A stretch of 64,000 nt of DNA from NCBI GenBank assembly GCA_040218735.1, contig JAVJQW010000062.1:96001-160000 (forward strand), in the 5' to 3' direction. The DNA comes from Deltaproteobacteria bacterium (GTDB lineage Bacteria; Myxococcota; Kuafuiibacteriia; Kuafuiibacteriales; Kuafuiibacteriaceae). A model generated the notes under the pieces. That model was not told the origin of the DNA. It saw only the letters and a program-made list of their open reading frames with translations, and did no database searches. Positions within the stretch are counted from its first letter, which is position 1. Each line of letters opens with the position of its first letter. Position numbers and translations under genes: made by a program. Of the stretch, positions 31,321 through 41,731 are shown piece by piece.

Positions 31321-31743
31321 TCACCTTCGGCCGCCGCCGAGGCGCTCCTTCATGAACCGGTCGAAGAGCTCCCGCTCCACCTTCCGATCGCTGGTGGCCT
31401 TGTCCTGCATGCCGCCTTCCCCGGTCGCTGCAGAGACCTTGGTCTCGCCGCCGACCAGCTTGCGGGCGTCACGGGTGGTGTCGCCGATCTGCGCCTCGTC
31501 CTCGGCGTCGACACCGGCACCTTCCGCCGGGAAATCGAGGATGAACGAGTAGTCCAGCGGGTTGTCCATCGCCCACTCGATGTAGCCGAACCACTGCTCA
31601 GGCGTGAGCCCCGTGTTGTCGATGATGATCTTCTGCGTCGCGAACCAGCGCTGCAGGTTGTCCTGCTGCTCCTTGGGGAGGGCCTCGAAGGACTCGAGCC
31701 ACTCCTGAATCGCTTTTTCGTGCTCGGCACCTGCGCTCGCCAT
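31321..31743 (-). CDS. Hypothetical protein
   Basis: 140-aa ORF with strong codon bias. Confidence 0.75.
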   Translation of the reverse strand: MASAGAEHEKAIQEWLESFEALPKEQQDNLQRWFATQKIIIDNTGLTPEQWFGYIEWAMDNPLDYSFILDFPAEGAGVDAEDEAQIGDTTRDARKLVGGETKVSAATGEGGMQDKATSDRKVERELFDRFMKERLGGGRR

Positions 31744-31758
31744 GGAGCGCTCAGAGTA

Positions 31759-32319
31759 TCAAAAGCGGATTTCGATCGCGAGCGAACGATTGTCGGGCAT
31801 CCCGGGTCGCATGCCCCGCTCCGTCAGCGGCACCCGGTAGCTGTCCTTGTACAGCCCCGTGTAGATGCCCAGCACCTTGGGCCCGTACCCCGGCGGGATG
31901 AACATCGTGAACGGATCCGCCACAATCTCCCCGACCTGCCAGACATCGGTCGGGTACTTCCCCTTCGCCGGGAAGTGGTCACCGTGCAGCCGGTTCGCGC
32001 TCCCGCCGATCGCGTCGCCGTGCACGAAGACCTCGTAGTCCTCGGGCATCACCTTGAGCGCCTTCCAGTAGAAGGTGATCGTCACCCGCGTCCCCGGCGT
32101 CGGGTTCGGCGGATCGAGCCGGTACCCGGCGAGCTCCGCCCAGTCCCCGAACACCGCCCCGATCGGCTGCGCTCCGTCGGGGAGCGCGTCGAACAGCAGC
32201 TCGCCGCGCAGACCGTCGCGCGGGAACTCCTCCCGCCGCTCCTTCACGGACTGGGGGTTCGGCAGGCACGCGAGGAGCCCGGCGGCCAGCACACCAGCGA
32301 CGACGCGGAGGCGCTTCAC
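31759..32319 (-). CDS. Lipoprotein with a beta-sandwich domain
   Basis: LLAC lipobox; LAGYRL...ITFYW...YEVFVH...WQVGEIV pattern. Confidence 0.75.
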   Translation of the reverse strand: MKRLRVVAGVLAAGLLACLPNPQSVKERREEFPRDGLRGELLFDALPDGAQPIGAVFGDWAELAGYRLDPPNPTPGTRVTITFYWKALKVMPEDYEVFVHGDAIGGSANRLHGDHFPAKGKYPTDVWQVGEIVADPFTMFIPPGYGPKVLGIYTGLYKDSYRVPLTERGMRPGMPDNRSLAIEIRF

Positions 32320-32322
32320 GAC

Positions 32323-33159
32323 CTACAGCGCGACCTTTTCGATCTTCGGCAGCAGGATGATCTCGAGGCGACGGTTCTTCGCCCGCCCCTCCTCGGTCTC
32401 GTTGCTCTCGATCGGATCGTGCTCCCCGAAGCCCGCCGCGGCGAGCTGGTCCGGGTTGACCCCGTTGTCGATCATCAGCTGCACGACCTCCACGGCGCGC
32501 GCCGTGGACAGGCCCCAGTTGTTCTTGAAGCGGCTCTTGCGGCCGAGCGGCACGTTGTCGGTGTGCCCGGCGATCAGGAACTCGCGGTCCTTCACGTCCT
32601 TGAGCACCGCGGCGACCGACTGCAGGGCCTCCTTACCGTCCTTCTTCAGGCGCTGGCTTCCGCTCGGGAAGAGGATGTTGTCCGGCAGCTTCAGGTTGAT
32701 GCGGCCCTTGCGCATCACGACCTCGAGCTGCCCCGCGTCGACCATCGACTTGAGCTTCTGGGCGATCGCGCGGAACTGCGCCGCCTCCTTCTCCGCCTCG
32801 GCGCGCAGCTTGCGCAGCTGCTCGACCTCCGCCGTCGTCGCGGCGAGGTCCGTCTTCGTCGCCGCGAGGTCCGCGACGCGATCCCCGAGGTCCGCGCGCA
32901 CCCGCGCGAGGTCACCACCGAGCTTCTTCACCTCGCTCTCGAGGCCCTTGATCATCTGATCCTTCGAATCGATGACTTCCTTCTTCTTCGCAGCCTCGTC
33001 GTCCGACGCGGCCTGCATCTTCTTCATCTTGGCGTCGTACTCGGCCTTTTGAGCGTCGAGCGCCTGCTGGACCTTCTGGTCGTGCTCCTCCTGGGAGATG
33101 CCGCACGACACGACGAAGGCGAGCGAGAGAACCGTAAGGGGCAATCGAATGTGCTTCAC
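32323..33159 (-). CDS. OmpA/MotB-family peptidoglycan-binding lipoprotein with coiled coil
   Basis: Start re-called at GTG 33159; VVSC lipobox; ILFPSGS, AGHTDN, NWGLSTARA, KNRRLEI. Confidence 0.92.
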   Translation of the reverse strand: MKHIRLPLTVLSLAFVVSCGISQEEHDQKVQQALDAQKAEYDAKMKKMQAASDDEAAKKKEVIDSKDQMIKGLESEVKKLGGDLARVRADLGDRVADLAATKTDLAATTAEVEQLRKLRAEAEKEAAQFRAIAQKLKSMVDAGQLEVVMRKGRINLKLPDNILFPSGSQRLKKDGKEALQSVAAVLKDVKDREFLIAGHTDNVPLGRKSRFKNNWGLSTARAVEVVQLMIDNGVNPDQLAAAGFGEHDPIESNETEEGRAKNRRLEIILLPKIEKVAL

Positions 33160-33215
33160 GACGGCGAGCCTTCTCGCGCGAATTACGGTGCGAAAGCAAG
33201 CGAACGTTCGGGGCC

Positions 33216-33767
33216 TCAACGGGTCGAGACGTCCACCACGAGATCGCGCGCCGTCACGCGACCCGGCGCGATCTCCACCTCGCACGTGCCTTCGATCGTG
33301 ACGATTCCGCACACCGCGCAGACGTCGTCCGCGGTGACGAACACCGAATAGAAGCCCGCGTCCAACGTCGCCACCACTTCGCCGAGCGCCTCGGACGACG
33401 TGACCTCCAACGCCGCGCGTTCGGACAGCTCGGCGACAGCGTACCCACCGTCGCAGCCGTCGCCGACCGGGACGCTCTGGTTCACGTCCAACACGAACAC
33501 CCGCATCGGGCGCCGCTCCCGCGCGCACGCCGGCATCGTCACCACCTCACAGGACGCGGTGTCGACCCCGCCCTGCGACGCCGACGGTCGGCAGTCGCCG
33601 TAGACGTACGTCGTGCTGAGCGCGATGCCGGTCGAGACCGACGCGTCGATCTTGCGCGCCCGCGCCTCCGTCATGGGCACCGGCGTCGGCGGCGTCGGAC
33701 AGCCCGCTCCGCAGTCCCCGTGCAGGTTGGCGAGCGCGACCAGCACAAACGCCGCGCGCGATCTCAT
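33216..33767 (-). CDS. Cys-containing exported hypothetical protein
   Basis: Start re-called at ATG 33767 (ATGA overlap with the M6 gene stop). Confidence 0.7.
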   Translation of the reverse strand: MRSRAAFVLVALANLHGDCGAGCPTPPTPVPMTEARARKIDASVSTGIALSTTYVYGDCRPSASQGGVDTASCEVVTMPACARERRPMRVFVLDVNQSVPVGDGCDGGYAVAELSERAALEVTSSEALGEVVATLDAGFYSVFVTADDVCAVCGIVTIEGTCEVEIAPGRVTARDLVVDVSTR

Positions 33768-36271
33768 TCGACGTCCTTGGTGTCCTCGTTCAGAAACTGC
33801 AGCAGGTCCATGTCCACGCGACGTTCCTTCTTGCCCTGACCGCGCTCCTCGATCGCCTTCACCGGCGGCGCTTCGGGTTTCTTCCCGGACGCGAGGGCCT
33901 CGTCGATGCGCTGATTCCACCACGCTTGCGTCTCGGCGTCGAACGCCTTCGCCGCGCGCTCCTTGGCCGTGGCGAGGTTCGGCTTCGCGGCGTCACGCTG
34001 GTCGAGCGCGATCTGCGCGCGCGCCATCCAGTACAGGTTCTCGACGGTGCGGTCCCAGCGCTTCAGCCGTTCGTTGATCGCGAGCGAGCGCTTCGCCTCC
34101 GTCACCGTTCGTTCGTGCTGCTTCGCCGCGAACGCCGCCTCCGCGATGTTCTCGTAGACGTCCGCCGCGTTCTTCGCGTCGCTCGCCGCCTCGGCCCGTC
34201 GAAGCGCGCGCTCGAACGACTCGATCGCCTCCGGGTACCGACCGAGCCGGTACGCCGCCACACCCATCGCGTTCACCACGACCGGGATCCACGTCTCGTA
34301 GCGACGCGGCTCCTGCTCCATCTCCGAGAGCAGGCGCGCGTACGTCCCGAGCGCCTCTTCGAGCTTGCCGTCGTCCGCCGCCTTGTCCGCCGCGACCAAC
34401 AGCTGCACACGCACGTCGGAGTCCGACGCTCGCGGCTCGGGCAGCGCGACGTGGTCGAGGTACCCGAACCCGCTCACGCGCAGCACGAAGTCCGACGCTG
34501 GCGTCCGGCCCTGGTCGCGGAAGTTGAACTCCGACTCGAGCTTCTTCTTCACCGACCGCCGAAAACGCGCGCGCTTCGTCGTCGAGAACGGATTCATCGC
34601 CGCGTAGACCTTGCCGTCGCTGATCGCCGACACCCAGACCGTCTGGTGCGCGTCGAGCGCCAAGCCCTTGTCGCCCTTCCCCACGCGTCCGCGCGCCCAC
34701 GTGTATCCCGCGTCGGGGAGCGTCACGCGCACCCGGGTCTCGGCGAGCTGCTTGCCCGGCTTGCCGTTGGCGTCCGCGTACAGCCGCAGCCGCACCGTCC
34801 CGCGCTGGCGAGGTCGGCCCGCGATGAACGCTTCGAGCGCGTACGCGCGGTACCCGCCGGGCGTCGCCTCCAGCTGCATCAACACCTCGGAGCCCGCGCC
34901 GAGGGGCACGGTGGAGAACCGACCGTACTGATAGCCGTCCTTCATCAGCGTGTACGGCACGCCGCCCGGGTCGAAGATCGTCGGACGCACCACGTCGACG
35001 TGCATCACCGACTCCGGCGGTCCGATTACACTCAAACGAATCTGCGAAGGCTGCCCGTCGTTGCCGCGCGCGCTCGGGTTGGTGTCGTCGGAGAGCACCG
35101 CCGGCCCGCGCCCGGAGAAGACGTCCGGCAGGTACTTCGGCGCGGCGGTGCGGTCGAGGCGATCCAGATCCTGGTCGCGCGACGCTTCGACGACGTCGAC
35201 CATCTTGCGCCGCTCGTCGTCGTTGTCACCCTTGCTCTCGTCGATGTGCCAGACGAGGAGCCCCTCCGCGGGGAGCTCGGTGTCGAAGCCCACGCGGCGC
35301 CGGTTCTCCACGAGGAAGTACTCCGGCGAGTCGATCGATCCGATCGGGATCCGCAGCGCAAACGAACGCTCCGACGCCGACGGGATCGCGAAGTTCTGCA
35401 CCGGCCGTGAGATCACGGTGGGCTGGATCCAACCGAGGCGCGCCTTCGCCCACGCCGAGAAGTGCAGCGGTCGCTCGGCGTCGCCCGCCCAGCTCCCCGA
35501 CGCCATCGTGCACCACTGCCCCGCGCCGTGGCTGGAGTAGTCGCGGTCGTACAGGTCCGGCAGCCCGAGGTCGTGCCCGAACTCGTGGACGTACACGCCG
35601 AGCCGCGCGGCGTGGTTCATCACCGTGTAACTCGCGACGCGCAGCCCGCCGGGCAGGTCGACTTGAATCGATCCGCGGTGCGGCCAGATCGGCGAGAAGC
35701 CGTCGAAGCGCCCGGTCTTCTCCGCGTAGATCACCATGACGTGGTCGACGATGCCGTCCTTGCGCGGCCGACCGTGCACGTCGTGGGTGTCGTAGGCCTT
35801 CAGGTCCGTCTTGCGCGCGGCCTGTTTCATCGCCGCCTCGATCAGCTTGTGGACGCCGCGCGGGTCGCCGCCGGTCTGGCTGTACGCGTAGTCCGTCATC
35901 CGGCCCGGCACACGCAGCGGACCGACGACCTCACCCACCAGATCGAACGCGCCGTAGCTGTTCTCCTTGTAGTACTCGCGCATCGACGACGCCGACGTCC
36001 CGAACACCAGGCGCTCGTAGCGCGCGGGGGTGTAACGCTGAGGCCACGGCGAGTCGGCGGTCTCGGCGAGGACGACCAGCAGCCGATGTTTTCCGGACAG
36101 CGCGACGGCCGGCGGCGGCGCGGTCGTGGAGATCGGCTTCACTTCAGTGATCCGCCGGACCTTCACGTTGACGATCGAGTCCTTCGCCTTCCCCGCCTCG
36201 AACCGCGGCGGCATCGCGTGGGCTGCGCTCGCGGTGAGGAGGAAGATCAGGGCTGGCGCAGAACGGAGCAT
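33764..36271 (-). CDS. M6 (immune inhibitor A-like) metalloprotease with a C-terminal TPR domain
   Basis: Signal peptide; YYKENSYG, HEFGHDLGLPDLYD, WCTMASGSW, EYFLVENR, GLLVWHIDE; TPRs. Confidence 0.92.
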   Translation of the reverse strand: MLRSAPALIFLLTASAAHAMPPRFEAGKAKDSIVNVKVRRITEVKPISTTAPPPAVALSGKHRLLVVLAETADSPWPQRYTPARYERLVFGTSASSMREYYKENSYGAFDLVGEVVGPLRVPGRMTDYAYSQTGGDPRGVHKLIEAAMKQAARKTDLKAYDTHDVHGRPRKDGIVDHVMVIYAEKTGRFDGFSPIWPHRGSIQVDLPGGLRVASYTVMNHAARLGVYVHEFGHDLGLPDLYDRDYSSHGAGQWCTMASGSWAGDAERPLHFSAWAKARLGWIQPTVISRPVQNFAIPSASERSFALRIPIGSIDSPEYFLVENRRRVGFDTELPAEGLLVWHIDESKGDNDDERRKMVDVVEASRDQDLDRLDRTAAPKYLPDVFSGRGPAVLSDDTNPSARGNDGQPSQIRLSVIGPPESVMHVDVVRPTIFDPGGVPYTLMKDGYQYGRFSTVPLGAGSEVLMQLEATPGGYRAYALEAFIAGRPRQRGTVRLRLYADANGKPGKQLAETRVRVTLPDAGYTWARGRVGKGDKGLALDAHQTVWVSAISDGKVYAAMNPFSTTKRARFRRSVKKKLESEFNFRDQGRTPASDFVLRVSGFGYLDHVALPEPRASDSDVRVQLLVAADKAADDGKLEEALGTYARLLSEMEQEPRRYETWIPVVVNAMGVAAYRLGRYPEAIESFERALRRAEAASDAKNAADVYENIAEAAFAAKQHERTVTEAKRSLAINERLKRWDRTVENLYWMARAQIALDQRDAAKPNLATAKERAAKAFDAETQAWWNQRIDEALASGKKPEAPPVKAIEERGQGKKERRVDMDLLQFLNEDTKDVE

Positions 36272-36340
36272 GGCCGGTCGAATGTAGCGGGACGTCGAGG
36301 GCGAGGCCACGGGGTGAGGGACCGCACGTCCCGCCGGTGT

Positions 36341-38353
36341 CTACTCCAGGATCTCGTCCACGCGATCGGTCGCCTTGCCGCCCGTCCCCAGCGAACCGTC
36401 GAGCGAGCGGATGTCCGCCTGCGTGATGTCGACATTCGGGACCAGCAGCTCCCGCTGCACCTCACGCGCGATGCGCCGCCCGATCGCGTCGGGTGTATCA
36501 CTCCGCCCCGCAGGGATCGGCACCATCGCGAGCGTGCTGCCGTCCGGCGCGACGAGGTCTACGCGGGTCTCGCCGACCCGCAACACAAAGCCCCACGGCG
36601 CCTCGTCGAACAGCGGCGAGTCTTCGAGCCGATCGATCGCGGCATCCACACCGGGGGTGTCCCCCGCGGGCTCGATCCGGACCGGCAGCGTCATCCCCAT
36701 CCGTCGAATGATCTGCGGGTCACTCGACAGCACGACGCGCAGGTAACCCAACGCATCCTCGAAGCGCTGCTCCTCGCGCGCCGCCGCCTGCGCCACCGCA
36801 GCGACCCGCGCGCGCAGCAACGCCTCCGACGGCGGCAGGACGTCCAACGCCTCCTTCGCCAGCGTGAGCGCCTCCTCCTCGTCACCCGCGAGGAAGGCCG
36901 CCTCGGTCTCGAGCGAGAGGAAGATCTGATCGGCGTACTTCGCGTCGAGCGTCTCTTCGGCGCGCGCCTCCTTCAGCGCAGCACGCGCGACCCCCGGGCC
37001 CACGATCTCGATCACCTCGGCGTCGAGCCACGCCGGCATCTCCAGGGAGCCGGGCACCTCCGGACGCAGCGAGGTCACCAGGCGTTCTCGGTCCGCGAGC
37101 ACCTCCGCCGCCGTGCGGGTCACGACCCACGCGCGGAACCGGAGCATCAGCGCGTCGACGCGGAGGCCGATCGCCTCCTTCCACTCCGAGGCCGCGGCCT
37201 CCTCCTCCAGGCGCCGCGCCGCGGTCAGCTTCGCGACCCGATCCGTGATGGCCGCGCCGCCCTCGTTCTGCTCGGTCGCCGCGCTCGACGTGCCCTGACG
37301 GTCCGGCCGATTGACGGTGCGCGCGGTGATGCGCTCGGCCTCGGTCGGCTTCCCCGCGATGAGCAACACCGACGCGCCGATCAGATCCGCCTCCGACTGA
37401 TCCTGCTGGTCGAGGTACGAGCCGGGACGCGACGCCCGGTACCGGCGCATCTCGCGCCACGACGAAACCGCCTCCGCGAAGCGCCCCTGGCGCAGGTACA
37501 GCCGCACCAGCCGGCCCCACGGGTTCACGGAGCCCTCCGGGGGTCGTCGCGCGGACTCCAGGAAGTACCGCTCCGCCTCGTCGAACCGGAACATCTCCTC
37601 CGACGCGGCCCCCGCGTTCGACAGCTCGATCGCACCGTCGCGACCGGAGCGCATCACGCGCTGCGCTGCGCCCGTGCATGCCTCGTACGCGGCGTCGCGT
37701 TTGCGCTGCTCACTCTCGACCGCACACAGCGCGGTCATCCCCACGGCGCGGTACCACGGCTCCTCGTGGTTGGTCGCGCGCTCGGCGATCTGTTTGGCCT
37801 CTTCGTAGCGCCCGAGCTTCAACAGCGGCCACGCCTTGAGCGGCTCGTAGTCGATCTCCAGCCGCCGGTTCAGCTTGTCGACGTACGCGATCTTCTGCTC
37901 GTGGTGATCCATCTCCCCGTGCACGTAGATGAGCTCGCTCATCGTGCGGTGGAAGACACGCCACAGGGTCCCCTCCATCGCGGGGCGCTCGCCGAAGCGA
38001 TCGATGAAGACCTGCTCGGCGTGGTTCAGGTGGAACAGCGCCTTCGGCAGGTTCCCCTCGCCGAGGTGTTGGGCGAGCCCCATCAGGTAGTTCCCGCGGA
38101 TCGAGTCGGCGTCGCGGTTCAGCACCTCGTTCGCGAGGGTGCGAGTGGTGACGTACTCCCGGCGCTGCGCCGCGCAGTACGCGCCGCGTTCGAGGTCCGT
38201 CCCGCCGAACATCTCGGAGCCGCGGCAGTCCGGCTCGTAGTCCGGAAGGTGTTTCTTCTTCGGTTTCGGCTCGGGGGTGTCGACGGGCGCGGCCGGCTCG
38301 GTCAGGGGCGACTGCGCGACGAAGAGCGCGAGGACGTACGGGAGCGCGCTCAT
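36341..38353 (-). CDS. Exported TPR-like protein
   Basis: N-terminal hydrophobic segment and helical repeats. Confidence 0.8.
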   Translation of the reverse strand: MSALPYVLALFVAQSPLTEPAAPVDTPEPKPKKKHLPDYEPDCRGSEMFGGTDLERGAYCAAQRREYVTTRTLANEVLNRDADSIRGNYLMGLAQHLGEGNLPKALFHLNHAEQVFIDRFGERPAMEGTLWRVFHRTMSELIYVHGEMDHHEQKIAYVDKLNRRLEIDYEPLKAWPLLKLGRYEEAKQIAERATNHEEPWYRAVGMTALCAVESEQRKRDAAYEACTGAAQRVMRSGRDGAIELSNAGAASEEMFRFDEAERYFLESARRPPEGSVNPWGRLVRLYLRQGRFAEAVSSWREMRRYRASRPGSYLDQQDQSEADLIGASVLLIAGKPTEAERITARTVNRPDRQGTSSAATEQNEGGAAITDRVAKLTAARRLEEEAAASEWKEAIGLRVDALMLRFRAWVVTRTAAEVLADRERLVTSLRPEVPGSLEMPAWLDAEVIEIVGPGVARAALKEARAEETLDAKYADQIFLSLETEAAFLAGDEEEALTLAKEALDVLPPSEALLRARVAAVAQAAAREEQRFEDALGYLRVVLSSDPQIIRRMGMTLPVRIEPAGDTPGVDAAIDRLEDSPLFDEAPWGFVLRVGETRVDLVAPDGSTLAMVPIPAGRSDTPDAIGRRIAREVQRELLVPNVDITQADIRSLDGSLGTGGKATDRVDEILE

Positions 38354-38525
38354 ACCTCTCCCTTCCCTGACAACCGTCCGGGCGCCGCGATTCCGAAGAG
38401 TTCCACCGCGCGTTCATTTCTACCGCGGACGCACCGTTCGACGAAAGATGCCTCCAGGGTCATCGCTCCGGCCACGGCCCGGACGCGCGCGCGCTCGACG
38501 CGCGAATCTCCCGGCGATCGCAGGC

Positions 38526-39569
38526 CTACTCGCCCTGGAGCGTGACGCGCGCGACGCGCTCGAGCGGTCCGGCCATCGCGGCGTGGACGACCTCGTCCAC
38601 GTCCGCGCCGCCGGCGCCCAGCTCCACGCGGTGCCCGAAGACGTGCGGCAACAGCGCCGCGAGATCCTCGGAGCTGACGTAGTCGCGCCCGTAGAGCATC
38701 GCGCGCGTCTGGAGCGCCGGCACCGCGAGCACGAGCGCGCGTGTCGAGACACCTTGGAGGACGCGCCGGTCCTCGCGAATCGCGGTGGCGATGTCTACGA
38801 GCGCCTCCTGGATCAGCGGGTGCACGCGCACGCGATCCTCGATCGTCTGGCGCGCGCGGATGATCTCGTCGCGGCTCACCGGCGGCATCGAGCGCGACGC
38901 GCCCGCCTTGCGCTCCGCGATGCTGCGCAACACGTCGAGCTCCGCGCCGCGATCGATGTGTGTCATGCGGATCTTGAAGAGGAAGCGATCGAGCTGCGCG
39001 ACCGGGAGCGGATACGTGCCGGCGAGGTCGAGCGGGTTCTGCGTCGCGATGACGAAGAACAGCTCGTCGAGGCGCCGCGTCCGATTGTCGACGGTGACCT
39101 GCTTCTCGGCCATCGCCTCCAACATCGCGGACTGCACCTTCGGCGAGGTCCGGTTGATCTCGTCCGCGAGCACCACGTGCGCGAACACGGGCCCCGGCCG
39201 GAACGTGAACGACCCGGAGTTCGGCTCGAAGATCGTCGTCCCCATGACGTCCGACGGCAGCAGGTCCGGCGTGAACTGGATGCGACGGAACGGCTCGATG
39301 ACGCCGCGCTCCTCGTCGGAGCGGGTGTCGACGATCGCCTCGCCGAGTGTCTTCGCGAGCGTCGTCTTGCCGGAGCCCGGGAAGTCTTCGAGCAGGATGT
39401 GCCCGTCCGCGAAGAGCGCGTTGAGCACCAGCTCGATGACGTCGTCGCGCCCGCGCACGGCGGAGCGCACGCGGTCGAACAATCGACGCGCCACTTCGTG
39501 ACAGGCGTCGAGCCCGAACGTCTGCGCCGCTGGGGGCGCCGATTGTAGAGGAGTCGTTTCGATTTCCAC
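38526..39569 (-). CDS. moxR: MoxR-family AAA+ ATPase
   Basis: GHILLEDFPGSGKT, RIQFTPDLLPSD, LADEINR, ATQNP, LPVAQLDRF. Confidence 0.96.
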   Translation of the reverse strand: MEIETTPLQSAPPAAQTFGLDACHEVARRLFDRVRSAVRGRDDVIELVLNALFADGHILLEDFPGSGKTTLAKTLGEAIVDTRSDEERGVIEPFRRIQFTPDLLPSDVMGTTIFEPNSGSFTFRPGPVFAHVVLADEINRTSPKVQSAMLEAMAEKQVTVDNRTRRLDELFFVIATQNPLDLAGTYPLPVAQLDRFLFKIRMTHIDRGAELDVLRSIAERKAGASRSMPPVSRDEIIRARQTIEDRVRVHPLIQEALVDIATAIREDRRVLQGVSTRALVLAVPALQTRAMLYGRDYVSSEDLAALLPHVFGHRVELGAGGADVDEVVHAAMAGPLERVARVTLQGE

Positions 39570-39577
39570 GGTTCAGT

Positions 39578-41731
39578 TCACCTCGACCACCACCACGCGA
39601 TGGGGTTCAGCCCGCCGAGCAACCAACGCCACCACGGCGTCGACTGCCGGACCTCGCGCCCCACGTCGGACGACAGCGAACGGACGCTGCGCCCCTTCCC
39701 CGCGGCGAGCGGTGCACGCGAGCCCAGCGCGGTGCCGACGTGCACGCCGGTCAGCGCTTCCAGGCTCGGAGCGATCGTTTCGATGCGTCTTGCGAAGCGC
39801 TCGGGGGGCTCGCCGCGACGACGCGCGTGGCCGACCGCCGAGCATCGATCCAGCGCGGCGCGGTACGCCAGACGCGCCGCCTTCTTCTCGGACGCCAACA
39901 TCGGCACCACGAGCCGCCACAGCTTCACGCCGTACGCGAGCAGCACGAGCACCAGCACGAAGTACGGGACGGCCGCCCACACCTTCTCGAGGAGCTCGCC
40001 GAGCTTCGGCCCCGAGTAGGAGGCGCGCTCGGTGCGGCCCTCCTTGCGCGCCATCTCTCCGAGGAGCTGCTGAAGGTCCTTCTCCTGGAACGGCGACGGC
40101 TCCACGTCCGTCTTCTCGGGGGTCACCTCGATCGGGATCCAGCCGACCCCCTCCAGATAGATCTCTGCCCACGCGTGCGCGTCGCCGCTCTTGATCAGGA
40201 GCGCCGATCCCCCGGCGAGGTTTTCGGCGGGAACGCCGTACCCCGCCGACACCCGCGCGGGCACGCCGAGCGCGCGCACGAGGTACGCCTCGGCGTGCGC
40301 GAGGTGGACGCAGTAGCCGCGTTTGTCCTCGGAGAAGAGGAAGTCCGCGGTCGGGTCGTCGGAGCCCGCGTACTTGTTCTTGAACGAGTACGTCGCGTTC
40401 TTCTCCAGGTAGCGCTTCACGACGAACGCCAACGCGAGCGGGTCCGACTTCAGATCCGGTCGCAGCTGCGACTGCAGCTCACGCGCGAGCTCGTGGTAGC
40501 GCTCGTCGTGCGGCGCCTCGGTGTAGTGGGCCCAGATCTCGTCGCTCCAGTCCGGCGACCCCGGCGCCATGCCGATGAAGGCTTCGTAGTCCTCGGTGAG
40601 CACCTGCGAGACGACGCGATACGCGCGGCGGAAACGCGCCGGCTCCGGGTTCGGCATCGGCGCGACCTCCGTCGCGTCCGTCAGCGCGAACATCCGGCTG
40701 TGCGGCGTGAGGAGCGCGACGTCGGTCGCGACCTCGGTGCGTCCGTCACCGTCGTTGTGCACGCCCGGCACCGGCCGGGTCTCGAACGGGAAGTCGTGCC
40801 GTGCGTCTTCGCCGACGCCAGCGAGCGTCGATTCGATCAGCCGCGCCCCGTTGAACTGCGAGAACGCGCCGTGCCGGAAGTAGAAGATGCCGCTCGACGG
40901 GGTGACGTCGCGGTGGAAGACGACGATCGCGGACGGCTTGCTCTTCTCCTGCTGGCCGCCCTGCGGGAGGTCGTCCTCCTTCTTGTCGTTTTTGTTCTGG
41001 CCGGAGCCCTGCCCGCCCCCCTGACCGTTGCGTTTGTCGTCCTTGTTCTTCTCGAGGTTCTGCCCGACCGCGTTCTTGGCCGGCGTGACGGAGTCGGTGC
41101 CGTGGATCCGCGAAGCGAGGAAGAAGCCGAGGAGCAGGACCAACAGCAGCTGCACGAGCGTGCGTCGTTTGGAGCGACCGTACGCGAGCACCCCCGCGAG
41201 GAGCACGGCGCCGCCGAGGCCCACACCGAGGAACGCGATCACCGGGTCGATCCCCTGGCGCCAGAACCAGTCGGAGATCTCGAGCGGGCGCGCGATCATG
41301 CCGTCGCGGTGCGCTGCGATCGTGGTGACCACCGCGAGCACGACGATCGATCCTTCGAGCGCGAGCGCCGCCCTGAACCGCACCGCCGCTGCACGCAGCG
41401 CCGTCGCGAACCCCCACGTGAGCGTGCCCCACCGCAGCACCTCACCGAGGCGTAACGCGAGCGTCGGCGAGGCGGCGACCGCGATGGCCTCGGAGCCGAG
41501 GAACCACGACGTCACCAGCGCACCGAACCCGACGATGCCCAGGCCCACCGCGAGGATGACCCAGGTGCGGTAACGCAGGCGGAGGAGCCGCGCCGCGAGG
41601 AGCGTCCCGAACACGGCGCCCACGGCGCCCGCGATGAGGCCGGGCGTCAGCGCGATGCGGTGCGCGGCGACCGCGAACGCCGTCGCGAGGAGCAGCCCGT
41701 GGAACAGCTCGGTGGACTTCGACGTCTTCAT
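39578..41731 (-). CDS. Polytopic membrane transglutaminase-like protein
   Basis: About 6-7 TM helices; GYCVHLA, ALGVPARVSAGY, HAWAEIYLEGVGW. Confidence 0.92.
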   Translation of the reverse strand: MKTSKSTELFHGLLLATAFAVAAHRIALTPGLIAGAVGAVFGTLLAARLLRLRYRTWVILAVGLGIVGFGALVTSWFLGSEAIAVAASPTLALRLGEVLRWGTLTWGFATALRAAAVRFRAALALEGSIVVLAVVTTIAAHRDGMIARPLEISDWFWRQGIDPVIAFLGVGLGGAVLLAGVLAYGRSKRRTLVQLLLVLLLGFFLASRIHGTDSVTPAKNAVGQNLEKNKDDKRNGQGGGQGSGQNKNDKKEDDLPQGGQQEKSKPSAIVVFHRDVTPSSGIFYFRHGAFSQFNGARLIESTLAGVGEDARHDFPFETRPVPGVHNDGDGRTEVATDVALLTPHSRMFALTDATEVAPMPNPEPARFRRAYRVVSQVLTEDYEAFIGMAPGSPDWSDEIWAHYTEAPHDERYHELARELQSQLRPDLKSDPLALAFVVKRYLEKNATYSFKNKYAGSDDPTADFLFSEDKRGYCVHLAHAEAYLVRALGVPARVSAGYGVPAENLAGGSALLIKSGDAHAWAEIYLEGVGWIPIEVTPEKTDVEPSPFQEKDLQQLLGEMARKEGRTERASYSGPKLGELLEKVWAAVPYFVLVLVLLAYGVKLWRLVVPMLASEKKAARLAYRAALDRCSAVGHARRRGEPPERFARRIETIAPSLEALTGVHVGTALGSRAPLAAGKGRSVRSLSSDVGREVRQSTPWWRWLLGGLNPIAWWWSR

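Noticed and set aside
32323-33159. Flagellar stator MotB
   Set aside because: It has a lipoprotein signal, no MotB TM/Asp motif and no motA neighbour; it is a generic OmpA-like domain protein
35462-38545. 1027-aa + strand ORF, and similar long ORFs such as 5365-7689, 23392-25740, 39740-41455 and 60382-62175
   Set aside because: Antisense or alternative-frame shadows of well-supported genes; stop-codon scarcity is expected at this GC content and they contain no recognisable motifs
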